Of a stretch of DNA of 64,000 bases, positions 63,666 to 64,000 are shown one piece after another. Position numbers and translations under genes: made by a program. The notes below the pieces were generated by a model, which saw only the letters and a list, made by a program, of their open reading frames with translations, was not told the DNA's origin and made no database searches. Origin of the DNA: an uncultured virus (IMG/VR IMGVR_UViG_3300031787_000018) (taxonomy: Duplodnaviria > Heunggongvirae > Uroviricota > Caudoviricetes); the IMG/VR virus record IMGVR_UViG_3300031787_000018, positions 1 to 64,000 of that record; one strand, given 5' to 3'. Positions within the stretch are counted from its first letter, which is position 1; each line of letters opens with the position of its first letter.

Positions 63666-63735
63666 GCGGAGGTCGTATAATGTTAATATGTCGTACATCC
63701 TGTATGAAGATTGTGGACGAACCCACACTTCCGCT
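63666..63735 (+). tRNA. non-canonical tRNA-Gly(TCC)-like RNA 2
   Basis: GCGGAGG/CTTCCGC-T; TCGTA-CATCCTG-TATGA; no TTC T-loop. Confidence 0.6.
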
Positions 63736-63777
63736 CAACCCATAACCCGATAATAAAATATCGGGTTTTTTTATACG

Positions 63778-64000
63778 ATGGAAAAATTAAAAGTAGGTGA
63801 TTTCGTTTCTTGTTTCTATAGTTTTAGAACTGGTACCGCTTACGGTAAAGTTTTAAAAATACATGATTTAAAAAATAATATAGATTGTGATGAATACGGT
63901 CCTATTATTACAGGTATGGGTGATGAGAATAGTAAACTTAAAGTAACCGTAAAAATATTAGGTTATGATATGGGTGAAGATTACGGTATTAACAGTTTAG
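63778..64000 (+). CDS. hypothetical protein, runs off the window end
   Basis: MEKLKVGDFVSCF... open to 64000. Confidence 0.55.
   Translation, partial: MEKLKVGDFVSCFYSFRTGTAYGKVLKIHDLKNNIDCDEYGPIITGMGDENSKLKVTVKILGYDMGEDYGINSL

Noticed and set aside
1..64000. Genome-wide stop-codon reassignment (code 15 or code 4)
   Set aside because: Long genes are intact under code 11. TAG and TGA end genes normally (for example 593, 16946, 22322), and I found no CUA or UCA suppressor tRNA in the window.

Overview
AT-rich, densely coding 64-kb segment of a jumbo phage genome, read with the standard genetic code. T4-type gp23 and gp19 homologous fragments are present. The host is most likely Bacteroidota: TAnnTTTG -7 promoter elements, a short Bacteroidota-type RpoD, Hc1, lipoproteins and a T9SS-style secreted protein all point that way. 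The window is rich in translation and RNA-repair functions: about 28 tRNAs, tmRNA, IF3, bS21, a release factor, Ro60/TROVE with three Y-like RNAs, a HAD RNA-repair enzyme and phosphoesterases. It also encodes RNase HII, DnaJ, DHFR, Fpg/Nei, a Mom-like modifier, lysins and homing endonucleases. Main finding: each of four tRNA clusters follows the layout promoter > 29-35 codon leader peptide > antiterminator/terminator. Each leader is enriched in the amino acids of its own downstream tRNAs (E,R | Q,F,M,T,V,L | S,H,N,I,W,R | Y,P,D,G,A,C,K), and the four sets together cover all 20 amino acids. This reads as ribosome-mediated attenuation that turns on phage tRNA arrays when the matching tRNAs are depleted. 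The release factor gene carries in-frame TGA and TAG codons, suggesting parallel read-through control. All structures and family calls were made by eye; no database search or folding program was run.
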